64,000 nucleotides of DNA from Octopus sinensis (GCF_006345805.1 NC_043004.1:31868001-31932000), one strand, 5' to 3'. Positions 1 to 12,795 are shown, counted from the first letter of the stretch. Program-made: numbers and translations. The notes: generated from the letters alone by a model not told the origin.

Positions 1-107
1 ACATTTACACGCTCGCGGACATATATGCATATGCTTCAATTTAGAAATAAAAAAAAAGTTCTCGATACTGAAGAATAAATTTTTTTATTATTATATGCTG
101 AGATTAC

Positions 108-144
108 ACTCCATAACTACTCCGAGTTTCGCTATCCTCTGCTG
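108..144 (-). other. Candidate start-codon exon of a divergent (head-to-head) gene
   Basis: On the minus strand, a long pyrimidine tract plus ttgCAG (CAGCAGCAG tandem acceptor near 145) precedes a 37-nt exon ending ATG GAG T|gtaatc. An upstream donor gggag|GTAATA at 219 defines a 75-nt intron (145-219). Confidence 0.4.
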
Positions 145-329
145 CTGCAAGAAAAGAAGAGAAAAAGAGAGAGAGAGAGAGTGCGTGTGTGTGCGCGCGC
201 GCGATTTCATAAATATTACCTCCCTTGGTCAAAGTTTTCTTATGTAGCGAAGAAAAAAATAAACAGATTCTTCCAGGAACAAAAATTGGAAATGCAGTAA
301 ACAATATACATATCAATTCGCACTTTTCG

Positions 330-537
330 TTTCACTTCCTTCTAGAAATCTGAGTAGTGCATATAACAGGTTGTCGACGTAAAGAAATGACCTTATCTCC
401 CCTTGCGTTGGACGATTCCAAAGCTGACTGAATCGTCGAAGTGTTGGCTGTTGCGCACCAACATTTAACAGCAGAGAGGAGAGGCCTAAACCAGTCATTA
501 CTATTTAATGTATATATATATATAAACGATGTTTTTG
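330..537 (+). other. Probable 5' non-coding exon 1 of the Tudor gene (start approximate)
   Basis: Consensus donor TG|GTAAGT at 538 in a non-repetitive, relatively CpG-rich segment. The frame leading into the next exon has a stop at 506-508, so this exon is inferred to be UTR. Confidence 0.5.
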
Positions 538-1581
538 GTAAGTATTTCGATTTTCTTAATAAATAAGTAAAGTCTATTTAGACAGAAGCTCTAATCTTTA
601 TCGAGTCTATCAACTCAGTAAGTCAATTAACTCGAGCTATTTAATTCATACATCAGTGACAAATACAAGCTTCTATTTTCCAGCATGGTTATTTTCTATA
701 ATATCACTTCATTTTTTTTCGTTTGGTGTATTAAAAAGGTATTCTACGTTCAATTTCACAATAATCTTTTAAAAAAATGATAATGTATAATTTTGTTATT
801 CGATTTTCATAATTTGCTGTTTCATTTAGTTTTTTCCTTTTGTATTTATTCACATATCTTCTCTCGCTCGCACACACATACACACACGCGTTTGACACCT
901 ACATTTATTTGGTAATAAATATATTATGTAAATATATCTCTGTAGTGACAATACATATACACGTGTAACGCATTTTTACTAAAATGTAGTGCGTATATTC
1001 CTTTTTCGCTCTATTCATTAATAAATATATGTGGATGTGTGTATAACACTGCTTCCTAGATCTGTTATTAGTCTTTTGTTGAAATAGTATTATAAGGCAT
1101 TTCTAAGTGATAGTCATATCTGATCTTTATACTGAAACAGTTTTTATTTTTACCAACGCAGTCCTTGGTTTCCGTATTATCTTCCACCACCCTTAAATAA
1201 TAAAACTTATTGAAAGTAACGTAATATTTTGTTAAATAACAATAATAATGTTACTAAGAAACGTTTTTAAAGACAGGCATTAATCAACTGTGTAACACTA
1301 ATAATGTTATGAGATAAGTAGAATTTTTTCTTTTAATGTTTCCGTTAGGTAAAGCAGTCATTTGGTATTTTGGGGATAATTCCACGTGACACCGGTATCT
1401 TTGAAGGCGCCTCGTGACATCAGTTGAAGACCCCAGAAGCTGGATTGCGATCCCTAAGACAGTTATCTCCCTTAGTACAAGCTTCCATCCCTCCTCTTGC
1501 GCGTTAACAGGTGCTAAACATCTATATAGAAAGCAGTTTTTACATAAGTTTGTATTATATATATATACATACATATATATA

Positions 1582-1611
<30 letters not shown>

Positions 1612-1612
<1 letters not shown>

Positions 1613-1747
1613 ATAACAATTAAGGAACGGCCATAATAGGCCATTCACCCACTAGAAATAACAGCCAAAGCTTCTACTTGCGGTAGAAGCTTTGGCTGTA
1701 TTTCTAGTGGGTGAATGGCCTATTATGGCCGTTCCTTAATTGTTATT
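1612..1747. repeat. Near-perfect 136-bp palindrome/hairpin
   Basis: Arm 1612-1677 (aataacaattaagg...gcttctac) is the reverse complement of 1683-1747, with one bulged A and a 5-nt loop (ttgcg). Confidence 0.95.
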
Positions 1748-1924
1748 GTTGAACTTAAAAATGGTCTATGACTATTTAATTTTTTGGCATAGTTTCGGTT
1801 GTAGTAGCACAGATTTCCGTCATATAGGCATAGTTTCGGTTGTAGTGAAACTTCGCCAATTTTTCCCACTGGGCCGCTGGTGGCAATAAAATTCTACAAA
1901 ATTTTCCTTGCCACCCTATATTGA

Positions 1925-1954
<30 letters not shown>

Positions 1955-1955
<1 letters not shown>

Positions 1956-2108
1956 GGTGCAGGAGTGGCTGTGTGGTAAGTAGCTTGTTTACCAACCACA
2001 TGGCTCCGGGTTCAGTCCCACTGCGTGGCACCTTGGGCAAGTGTCTTCTACTATGGCCTCGGGCCGACCAAAGCCCGTGAGTGGATTTGGTAGACGGAAA
2101 CTGTCGTA

Positions 2109-2163
<55 letters not shown>

Positions 2164-2334
2164 CTGTGTTTGTCCCCCTAGCATTGCTTGACAACCGATG
2201 CTTGTGTGTTTATGTCCCCGTTACTTAGCGGTTCAGCAAAACAGACCGATAGAATAAGTCCCGGGGTCGAGTTGCTCGATTAAAGGCGGTGCTCCAGCAT
2301 GGCCGCAGTCAAATGACTGAATCAAGTAAAAGAG
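1955..2334 (+). mobile_element. tRNA-derived SINE, family A, full length
   Basis: A-box-like tggctgtgtggta, B-box-like gggttcagtccc, internal (TA)n, and 3' end ggcggtgctccagcatggccgcagtcaaatgactgaa..aagtaaaag. Many near-identical copies in the window; resembles described octopus tRNA-SINEs (exact family not verified). Confidence 0.85.
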
Positions 2335-3474
2335 TATATATATATATATGAGAGAGAGAAAGCTGTCTACATTGTTTTATATATATATGTTTGTATAATT
2401 TATAGAATCCTCTATAAGGAAGCGGAGTGTATATTTCAATTGATAACATACAAATGATTCGTTCAATGCGTCAGTACTTTCTCGAAAGGGACCCTTTGAA
2501 AAAAAATTCTCAACCGTTGATGCATTTGAACAATTGTAACGGGTGTATTCGCGTGTGTGTGTAAACATCCAAAACGCTTTTAATACGTAACTTAGATTCC
2601 ACATAAAGGGTCACTGTTTCAGTGTAACATAATATACTCCAGTAACTATAGTATTGGCTATGCTGTAGTATTGCCCTGAAATTAAAGTCAGTGAATTACA
2701 TTTGGAATATATTCACATTTTCCCCACCTGCACTTCTGAATTCTTTTCTCTTTCCCATGCTGTATAGGATTTCGAAAGACAACTATACCAAAAACTTATT
2801 TTACTTGTAAGGATCTCATCATCAGTTTTAACCTCACCTGTTCATGCTTGCATAGGAAAGCCCAAATTTTGTCGTGGTATGTTTTCTACGATCGAGCATC
2901 CTTCGGTCCCCCAACCCTCACCTGCTCCTAGTAAATAAAATGTTTGGGCTGGATATATTTTCACAAGAAACTGAAAACCAATGACATGTATGATGGAGAT
3001 ACTTGCTTACAACTATCACTTGATGTAAAGACATGGATACACACACACACACACACTCTCTCTTTCTCTCACACACAAACAAACAAATCCACTCTTTGTT
3101 CGGCCCAAGACTATAGTAGAAGACACTTGTCCCAGGTGTCACGCTGTGGGACCGATCCTGAAACCATGTGGTTGAGAAGCATACTTCTTAATTCATTTAT
3201 TCATTATGACTTGCATCTACTTTTTCTTTTCCGAATGTAATTTTAGGTACATATTACTTTTTTTTTCCTGAGATCCTATGTTGTTTTCCCCACATTATGA
3301 TCTCAAGTGTGTTGCACCAACTGCTTTGACAGTTCTGCCGTCCCCAAATGGTAATTCAAATTGGTAGAAACAACAGCTAAATCTCCCTCAACCCTCACTT
3401 TTAAGCATTCTTTATAAACTCTCATAAATCTCCCTCAACCCTCACTTTTAAGCATTCTTTATGAACTCTCATAA

Positions 3475-3880
3475 CTTTTGAATTTTCAGAAAACTTTTGC
3501 GAATTTGTGTTCTACATACGGGAATTCATACAATCATGAAAATGCTTTTAATTTTTTAAACCCCTTCCCTCCATACCCCTAAAAGTGCAACCTTTTGGAA
3601 TTTTTTAAATCGGTTTAAAATGCAGACAGTCTGAATTTTTTGTTTAAATCCCAGCAATGGACCACTCCTAGGCTCATCATATTTCCATTAAATGTGTTTA
3701 TGGGGAGAAAAATATTGAAAAGCATACATGTCAGAGTGACAAAGAAATGAGCAAGGTATCGGGTGGTTGTTAGATATGCTAAAAATAACAGTTAAATCGC
3801 ACAAAAAAATGCTTCATAATCATATAAATTCCCATGTATAGAACACTAATTTGCAAAAATTTTCTCAAAATTCCAAAAAA
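3475..3880. mobile_element. MITE-like element with about 70-bp imperfect terminal inverted repeats
   Basis: ttttgaattttcagaaaacttttgcgaatttgtgttctacatacgggaattc is mirrored by aattcccatgtatagaacactaatttgcaaaaattttctcaaaattccaaaa. A homologous copy lies at about 20430-20800. Confidence 0.55.
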
Positions 3881-4833
3881 TATAGAGGTGCTATATGGGG
3901 GTACTTAAACCAGAATTCTACCTGAACACATTGTATTAATATATTCCAACCTGAAAAAAAAATCCTGTTGATAGTGGAAGGGCAATAGGGAATACATTAG
4001 ATAATGTAGTCCTAGATACACTATACCTGAAAGAAAAGTCATTGCTTGAGCACCGTTGATCATACGCCTGTAGGGAATAAATAGTAATAAATAGAAGTTT
4101 TTAACCATATTTGGTTTTCCTTTTTTTCTCTTGCATTTTCATTTGTTATAAAGCAAGATTGAGTTCATATGTTTAAAATTTTGGAATTGTATCTTTTCTT
4201 AGTTTTCATTGTGTTATTGTGCATAATGTTAGCAATTGATAAATCTGGAGACACTAATCAGAAGAGATTTGGATCACTGATTTGGAATTAATTTTCTATC
4301 ATGAGATTTTTTGACAATATGTGTGTAGATTACATGTATGCACACACACACACACATCAGAAATCATGAAGACATTTCAATATTTTATAACTGCTTTATT
4401 TTTTGCTCTAAATTTACAAGACCATTACGTCATATTCATTATATATAGGAAATAAATGTATTCTGGGTGTGAAAAAAATCACATCTTATAAAATATAAAA
4501 CAATCAAAGATCTATTAAAATTTCAGATCTCTTTGTGACTTTCAACTCAACCTAATATTCACCCCTTCATCCATTCTTCATCTCTGGCCATCTCTCAGAT
4601 TTCTCATACATACTTGTGACTTCAACTCACCTATACCCCCTGTTCTTTTTGTTCCCGCTCACATCTACTTGCTTTGTATCTTGTTGATCCATTCTGACAC
4701 CTCACTAGTCAGCTCCAGTTTTGTCACTTCCATCATTAATGAAACTTTTTCTGTTTTGGGCCCCTTCTCTCATACTTTTAACCTTTCACTGCTTAGCTTT
4801 AAATCATCCTTTGCCCAATATCATTGAATTAAT

Positions 4834-5217
4834 GTAGGAGTGGCTGTGTGGTAAGTAGCTTGCTTACCAACCACATGGTTCCGGGTTCAGTCCCACTGCG
4901 TGGCATGTTGGGCAAGTGTCTTCTACTATAGCCTCGGGCCAACCAAAGCCTTGTGAGTGGATTTGGTAGACGGAAACTGAAAGAAGCCCGTCATATATAT
5001 ATATATGTGTGTGTTCCCCTAGCGTTGCTTGACAACCGATGCTGGTGTGTTTACGTCCCCGTCACTTAGCGGTTCAGCAAAAGAGACCGATAGAATAAGT
5101 ACTGGGCTTACAAAGAATAAGTCCTGGGGTCGATTTGCTCGACTAAAGGCGGTGCTCCAGCTTGGCCGCAGTCAAAATGACTGAAACAAGTAAAAGAAAA
5201 TAAAAATAAAAGAAAAA
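4834..5217 (+). mobile_element. tRNA-derived SINE, family A, full length with A-rich tail
   Basis: Colinear with the copy at 1955-2334. Confidence 0.85.
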
Positions 5218-5219
5218 TA

Positions 5220-5445
5220 GTGCATATGTAATTGATCTATATAAAATACTTTCAGTGGGGAAAACATGTACTTTTGAAAACTTTCACTTTCATGAGGTCC
5301 TAAAGGTGAAGTTTCTCTCTGATAGCTGATTTTTTTTCTTTAAATAAGAGAAACTTCACCTTTAGGACCTCATGAAAGTGAAAATTTTCAAAAGTAGGTG
5401 TTTTCCCCACTGAAAGTATTTTATATAGGTCAATTACATATGCAC
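5220..5445. mobile_element. Fold-back MITE (about 100-bp TIRs, TA flanks)
   Basis: gtgcatatgtaattgatctat...gaagtttctct is the reverse complement of agagaaacttc...caattacatatgcac, with a spacer of about 29 nt and TA on both sides (Tc1/mariner-type target). Confidence 0.8.
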
Positions 5446-6049
5446 TATAAATATACATGAATCTCTTATTATAAAAGGCAGATTTTATCTGCCTCCCTTT
5501 GGGAGTTATACAAATCTACAATATAGGATTTCTTCAATTACAATTTACCTGGCATTTTTAAGAGTACAATGCATCGCGTCATGCCAGGTCCAGTTTTTCA
5601 ATTTAAACTCCAATTAAGCAAAATTTACAGAAAACTCACATTCTGGTGTGTGTGTCAAATGCTTTTCTTAGTCTGGTTTACACCACACGCAAACGCACAC
5701 ACACAGTGGGCAACGAATAAAATGAAAGTAAATAGCGGACAGAGTGATTTGAGGAAGACTAAAGTGAAAGTATTCCGTCTATGACGATGATAGATACATG
5801 AGTAAAATGTATGGGAAGCTAAGAGCTAAGAGTGAGTGAAAATGTTCTTGGAAGAGAGTAATTAGTAATAAAGTAAACATACACTCATACATACATACAT
5901 ACATACATACATACATACATACACACACATACACACACACATACATACACACACACATACATACACACACACATACATACATATGCATACATACATACAT
6001 ACATATACATACATACACACACACACACATACACACACACAGTATTGAA

Positions 6050-6580
6050 GCTTGAGAACAATCAGATACATTTGCAACACATCTGTTGAAAATATTATTG
6101 TTCACACACATACATATACATATATACATACAGACAGACAGATAGACACACACACACACACACACACATGATCCAGCATGGCCACAACCTCAAGGCTGAA
6201 ACATATAAAAGAATAACAGAATATAAATGTGTGCAAAGTACAAGAAATATTAATGCAGTATATGGGGACTGGACAATAAGCGTAAGGCAGTGTCAATGGT
6301 GGTTCCAGAAATCCCGAGCCATAAACTACAGCTTAGAAGACGAGCCTCATCCTGAAAGATCTGTAGAACTCGACAAGGACATCCTGAAAACCCTGGTGGA
6401 ACAAAATATCATCGTAACTGTTGAGGAACTAGCAGAGAAGCTTGGATTTGGTCATTCAACCATTCATTGACACCTGTGTGCTATCGGAAAAGTCAGCAAA
6501 TTGGGTCAATGGGTTCCTCACGAACTTTCCGAGTCTAATTGCATGCAGAGAGTGAATGTATGCTTTTCTTTGCTGTCATA
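6050..6580 (+). pseudogene. mariner transposase N-terminal remnant
   Basis: Translates as TRNINAVYG..WFQK..LEDEP..ELAEKLG..HSTIH*HL..GKVSKLGQWVPHEL, i.e. the HTH domains plus the WVPHEL linker diagnostic of mariner. It carries a stop, a microsatellite interruption and no catalytic domain. Confidence 0.85.
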
Positions 6581-6605
6581 TCTCACCACTACTGCGCTAT
6601 GTATA

Positions 6606-7243
6606 TCTATATATATAAAACTGTAGTTGTGTGAGTGTCTGTCCCCTTCGATTTAGATTCCTAACTACTCCCACATTTTGCGGTACAGTTTAACCAAATT
6701 CGGGTAGCTTATAGTCGTGATTCATATCGAGCCCGTCTGAATATTAGCGCGCGTCTACGATGAGTCTATGATTTTAAAAATAATTTAACATCATTTTTTA
6801 TTCCATTTTAATGCATAATTTTTCGTGTGTCGATGGCGGCGGAGTTGGCGTCCACGCTCACACCTGCACCTGTGGGGAAGGGAGTGTAAGGAAATCAACG
6901 TCGTAATGCGTTGTCAAGGAGACCAGTGTTCTTTTAGAACAACGACTTCATGGCTTGAAGACACCAAAACAGAAATGGCTAAGAAAGCGTCTACATGAGT
7001 CTACGATTGAAAAAAAAAATTTACCATCGTTTTTTTTCCATTTTAATGCATTTTTTCGCTATTATATAAGGGAAGTAACTCTCTAAAAATGTCTACGATG
7101 AGTCAACGATTTAAAAAAAAATTTACCATCATATTTTTTCCATTTTTAATGCATTTTTTGCTATTTTTTGGCTATAACTCTCTAAAAATGCTTATATAGT
7201 TATTTCCCTTACAAACCCGAGCAACGCCGGGCGATACTGCTAG
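6606..7243 (+). mobile_element. Non-autonomous Helitron, copy 1
   Basis: 5' A|TCtatatatataaaa, 3' CTAG|T, and a subterminal hairpin cccgagcaacgccggg at 7216-7231. A second copy lies at 38483-38993. Confidence 0.88.
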
Positions 7244-9027
7244 TTCAATGATATTGGGCAAATGATAATTTTCTAAAGCACTTACTCATATAAGTTGACG
7301 TGCAGGTTTATTGCGGCCTGTGATTATTCTATATATACATATATATATATAGTAATGGTGTCATGGATTGTACACATGGGGATTATTTTGCTTTGAGTAT
7401 TTGATTTATAAAAAAAATAAATATAAGGCTTTTATGTAGAAGGATAATGAATTATAATCTTATGATAGGGGCTCATTCATGCTTTAATTAGGGAAATTGT
7501 TTCAAATTTCTCTTGTGTAACGATGATGATGATATAAAGCATTGGTAGCTTTCGTTCAAATTATGCCACATACGTATTTCTTTTATACATAGTAGTGTTG
7601 TGTATTGTGGGAAAAAAAAAGTTCACAGCAACAGTTTCTTGTTACAAACTCTTGGTATACCTCCATAAGTATTTGAAGCTTTATATCCTAAAGACAAACC
7701 AGGACAAGGTCGTGTGATGAAGGCCATATGTTTGCAGAAGTAAAACCCAACTTCAATAATGACTGCATGCTTTCTCGTATCTGATTGACACACTGCTTGC
7801 TGTTCACTGTTTTACTTTGGGGTCCTTAATAGTTTCATTTTTTTTGTCCTGGAAATCACTTAAATTAAATACTTTTATTTTCATGGGGCCCTGAAACGAA
7901 GAAGCTCTGAAATATTTCGTTTTCAGCAGTGGTGGCCAAATATATTAGATGATGTTGAGAAACCAGACGGTTATAAAGAAACAGGCATATCTTCACAAGT
8001 GTCCTCCCCCACCGACTTTGTTTCCTCATTAACTTTCAGAAAAATGGATATTATTAAATGAAATTTTCTACATTTTAATTCCAATGTAACTGTAATCTAT
8101 TATTATATTTGAATTGAAATATAAACCCAAAAGAAAATTGGTAGACACCCACTCTATTGATTACACATCACAACATTTTTCTAAATTTCTAGTTTCATTT
8201 TGTAGATATATGTATGTGACATGTGTCACTATGTATGTATGTGTGCCCACCAATTTTTTTTTCTTTATCACAAATTCTGAAATATATTTATAGAAAATTT
8301 CATTAAAAAATACCCATTTTTCTGAAAGTTATGCAGAAACAAAGCTGACTCCTGAACTTTTCAAACTTACTCTCCCTACAAATAGAAAACGTTTTTCCTC
8401 AACAAATTTCTATTGTATTGGAATCTATACCATCAGAAGCGTATTTGTAGAAAATTTAATTTAAAAATATCTATTTTTCTCAAAGTTATGAGGAAACAAA
8501 ATCAGGCTTCACACTTGTGTAGAAATGGCAAAACTTATTAACCATACATCAAAATCTGCCCTTATATTAAACAGTATATTTTACACATAAATTATAGCGG
8601 TTCACTTAGCGGTTCGGCAAAAGAGACCGATAGAATAAGTACTGGGCTTACAAAGAATAAGTCCCGGGGTCGATTTGCTCAACTAAAGGCGGTGCTCCAG
8701 CATGGCCGCAGTCAAATGACTGAAACAAGTAAAAGAGTATATAAGCGGACGTTAAACGATGATGATGATATATATATGTATGTGTATGTACAATATGAAT
8801 CCCATCTGCCTGACCACTTTTATTTCATGTTCTTTAGGGAAAATTTCATTATGGCTCAAGGGATAAAATTCTTTTTTCTTTTATGCAATGCAAGCCATTT
8901 ACTCAACATTTCAGAGTATATACTACATACAGAACATGCAGTGATCATGCTTTTTCCTTTTTTTTTTTTTTTTTTTTTGCCCACCCCTTTTTTTCCCCTC
9001 ATAACATCAATGGATTTGTATATATGT

Positions 9028-9062
<35 letters not shown>

Positions 9063-9066
<4 letters not shown>

Positions 9067-9431
9067 AAAATAAACATATTGTACCGAATGCAAGTCTCGA
9101 AGCAAGTCAGTTAAAAACAGAATTTAGCTGCAGATCACCAATGATTTCATAATCGACGCAGTGGTTGCGTCCTTTACTCGTCGGTGCCAGCATGATTCAA
9201 GATTTATAATGAATGAACAAAATCAACATACCAGGTGAACAACCATCGTATCCAACGTAGCATATAGAATGACTTGCATTCGGTACAATATGTTTATTTT
9301 GGTAGTTATGACTTGCATTCGGTACAATATGTTTATTTTGGTAGTTATGACTTGCATTCGGTACAATATGTTTATTTTGGTAGTTATGACTTGCATTCGG
9401 TACAATATGTTTATTTTGGTAGTTATGACTT
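9063..9431. mobile_element. MITE-like element whose right inverted repeat is tandemly amplified (39 bp x4)
   Basis: 9063-9096 is the exact reverse complement of the 34-bp core of four identical 39-bp units at 9269-9424, followed by a partial unit to 9431. Confidence 0.75.
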
Positions 9432-10956
9432 TAAAAGTCCCTCCTAGCGTGCGGCATTTATGTGTAATAATGCCCTCTATATAATATAAATAAATATATT
9501 CAAGTGGAAAAAATTTACAGATTTTTTTTCTCTTATGAGGTTTTTCACGCTAACTACTTGATAATTTCTTATGAAGATTTTATCCTATTTTAAAATTATA
9601 TATATATATATATATATTTGTGCCACCAGTTCTGAAGGGGTTATCTGTCAAGATAAAAGCTGTCATTTATTGCTCCTTTAGGTTTCTTTCTCTCTGGCAT
9701 ACAGTTATCACACCTCGATGTTGGCATCCACGCTACTTGATTTAGTTACTAGTGTAACGGGATCCAGACAGAACTGCCTAGGACAAACCTCCATTTGGTT
9801 ATATTTTTTAGTTATTTTTTTATTTTTCTACTTGTTTCAGTCATTAGACTGTGGCCATGCTTGAAGAATTTTTAGTCACAAAAAAAAAACCCCAGCATTT
9901 TAAAGTTTGAATTTAAAGTCTTGTTTTCTTCTCTCTGCACTTTGAAATTAATGACAGTGGGCAAACTTTTTGAACTTTCTCTGGCTGCTGAAGGTCTAAC
10001 AGAATTATGGCACTGAAGGCTGGTGGTTCAAATGTATTTCTTATTGTTTACATCTTTCTACACATTTCTTGAAGTAAATGCTTTCCCTCTTGTTAGAATT
10101 CTGACAATATGAACATTGAGTAGTAAAATCTTGGGTTCTGTTATTCTATTCTACTTATTTATTTTGGATTGAATATATTTTTGTTTACTTAAAAATTCGA
10201 ATTTTGAAAAATAAAAGTTTTTTTTACAATTGCAATTTCCATTTTGAAATAATAAAAAATAATAAATTTCAAGTGATGTGGTTGTTATTTCTAGCATGTG
10301 GAAAGACCTTCTAGACTTAACTTCATTCGCTGGTTGAAAATCACCTAAAAAAAATTCTGGGGTCGATACATTTGATTAAAAATTCTTCAAGGCAGAGCCC
10401 CAGCATGGCTGCAGTCTGATAACTGCAACAAGTAAAAAGGAATAAAGTTCTGGGGTTGATACTTTCAACTAACAATTCTTTAAGGTGGTACCCCAGCATG
10501 GACATAGTCTAATGACTGAAACAAGTAAAGGGTGTGAGGAACAAAAAATAACTGAAAAATATAACCAAGGGTTTTTTTTCCTTCTGTTTTCGCATGTTGA
10601 CTATGGGGATTTTGTCCTACACTCTATTATAACACCAGTGTAAATACAATTTCTGATAAACTAGAAATGGTGTTATTGAGTCAGTTCTTTTCTTATTTTG
10701 CTATTCTCAGTGAGGTCAAATAAACATGAACAGACATGAATCATGTGTCTAATAAGTTTGATAAGTTAATGTAGCTGTATGGTAAGAATTTTGCTCCCCA
10801 CTCGCATTTCTAGGTTCAGTCCCATTGTGGCACATTGGGAAAATGTCTTAACCAACCTTGGACAACCAAAACCTTGTTAGTGGATTTTTGGAGATGGAAA
10901 CTGAAAGCCCGTTGTGTGTGTATGTATATATATAATATAAATATATATATGCATAT

Positions 10957-11310
10957 CATCATCATCATTTAGCGTCCGCTTTCCATGCTAGCGTGGGTTG
11001 GACAGTTCAACTGGCGTCTGGGAAGCCAGAAGGCTGCACCAGGCCCAGTCTGATCTGGCAATGTTTCTACGGCTGGATACCCTTCCTAACGCCAACCACT
11101 CCGTGAGTGTAGTAGGTGCTTTTTACGTGCCATCGGTACGGGGGCCAAGCGAGGCTGGCACGGCCATGATCGGATGGTGCTTTTTACGTGCCACCAGCAC
11201 GGAGGCCCGTCGGGGTGGGGCTGGCAACAGCCACGTTTGGATGGTTCGCTTATGTGCCACCGGCACTGGTATCACAGCTACAATTTCCATTGATGTTGAT
11301 CGATTTTGAT
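10957..11310 (-). mobile_element. RTE LINE 3' tail fragment
   Basis: Reverse complement of the 3' UTR and (GAT)n tail of the RTE at 59600-61625. Confidence 0.8.
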
Positions 11311-12081
11311 TCTGATTCTCACACATATATATGTATATGCTTGTATGGGTACAGGATGTTAAAATGTAATAAAGAAATAACAGGATGTTAAAATGTATAC
11401 ATGGAATATGAACTTTTTTTGCTAACAATGAAAGAAACAAATATAGAACAAGACATGTAACATAAAGAACGATCCTGCATCAGTTGTTGGCTGTTTTATC
11501 TACTCCACATTTCAAGCAATTATGATAGGATGCGCCTTCAATAAAACGATTGCTCCCACAAAGCAAAGTAAAATTTGGGATTTGTGGAGGGTCAAAGTTG
11601 GTAACAAAAACAGGACAGTGCAAACAAACAGTAAGGGCTGCTAAGCCTTAACGAGGTGAGGTGGTGAATGCTGGAGGAACAAGCTTCGACAGGAGAGGAG
11701 ACAGACAAGAATGCATCTGATCTGTGTAGCACATCAAAAGCAAAGGAAGAAGTTCAAGTTAGGAAAAGAAATATAGCCGATGGCTACTTGTGAGCAATGA
11801 GAATGAAGGAGGTAGAGTGAGAAAGAGAGAGGTAGAGGTAGAGAACGGTGAAGGAGACAGGAAAAGAATTGGAGAAAGAATATATATATAAACAGTTATA
11901 GGGGCAGAAGACGAATATATACTATGCCAATTTTTCACTGTAAATACATGTGTTAAAAGATATTCTATGTGATCAGATGATCTACAGTATATTTTTTAGC
12001 ATATTGGCATAGAGATTTTTTTAGTTTTTCCCCTCGATAAAGTTTTCTTGAAAAATGTTCTCATATTAGGAGTATATATGT

Positions 12082-12114
<33 letters not shown>

Positions 12115-12170
12115 TATATACATGGATATATAGATAGATATATGTATATACATACGTGTGTGTGGATATA

Positions 12171-12201
<31 letters not shown>

Positions 12202-12204
12202 GTG

Positions 12205-12325
12205 TGAGTTCGAAGGTCGTGCTTCACCACTTCATCCCAGGTCTTCCTGGGTCTACCTCTTCCACAGGTTCCCTCAAGCGCTAGGGTGTGGCACGTTTTC
12301 GCACAGCTATCCTCATCCATTCTCG
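12205..12325 (-). mobile_element. RTE ORF C-terminal fragment embedded in microsatellite
   Basis: Minus-strand translation [22 protein letters not shown] matches the RTE at 60852-61133. Confidence 0.85.
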
Positions 12326-12740
12326 CTACGTATGTATGTATATATGTATGTATGTATATATGTATGTATGTATATATATGCATGTATATGTGTATATGTA
12401 TGTATGTATATATATGCATGTATATGTGTATATATATGTATGTGTGTGTATATATGTATGTATATATATATATATAATAATTATTTGAGGAAATATTATT
12501 CCAACTTACAGGGAAAATTCAATTTAGAAATACTAAATCAAATTTCACAAAATATAATAAATATATATAAAAATTAGAAAAAACCACCCTTTATCAATTC
12601 AAAATGAACAACTAAACTACACCATCCAGAAAATTACATATAATAGAAATATTAAAATTAAAATAACAATAAACCGATGACTAAGTAAATTGCAAAATAA
12701 TGGTAAAAACATATATATTTAGTAGAATAATGACACGTTT

Positions 12741-12795
<55 letters not shown>

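Noticed and set aside
1284-1530. Possible Penelope RT remnant (LTRKRRDGSL-like) on the minus strand
   Set aside because: Single short motif; downstream sequence does not continue the expected alignment.
3379-3472. 47-bp tandem duplication (also a 21-bp duplication near 41945-41988)
   Set aside because: Ordinary slippage duplications within old repeats.
9269-9431. CRISPR-like array or MTCIRYNMFILVV repeat protein
   Set aside because: Identical units without variable spacers in a eukaryotic intron; explained as an amplified TIR.
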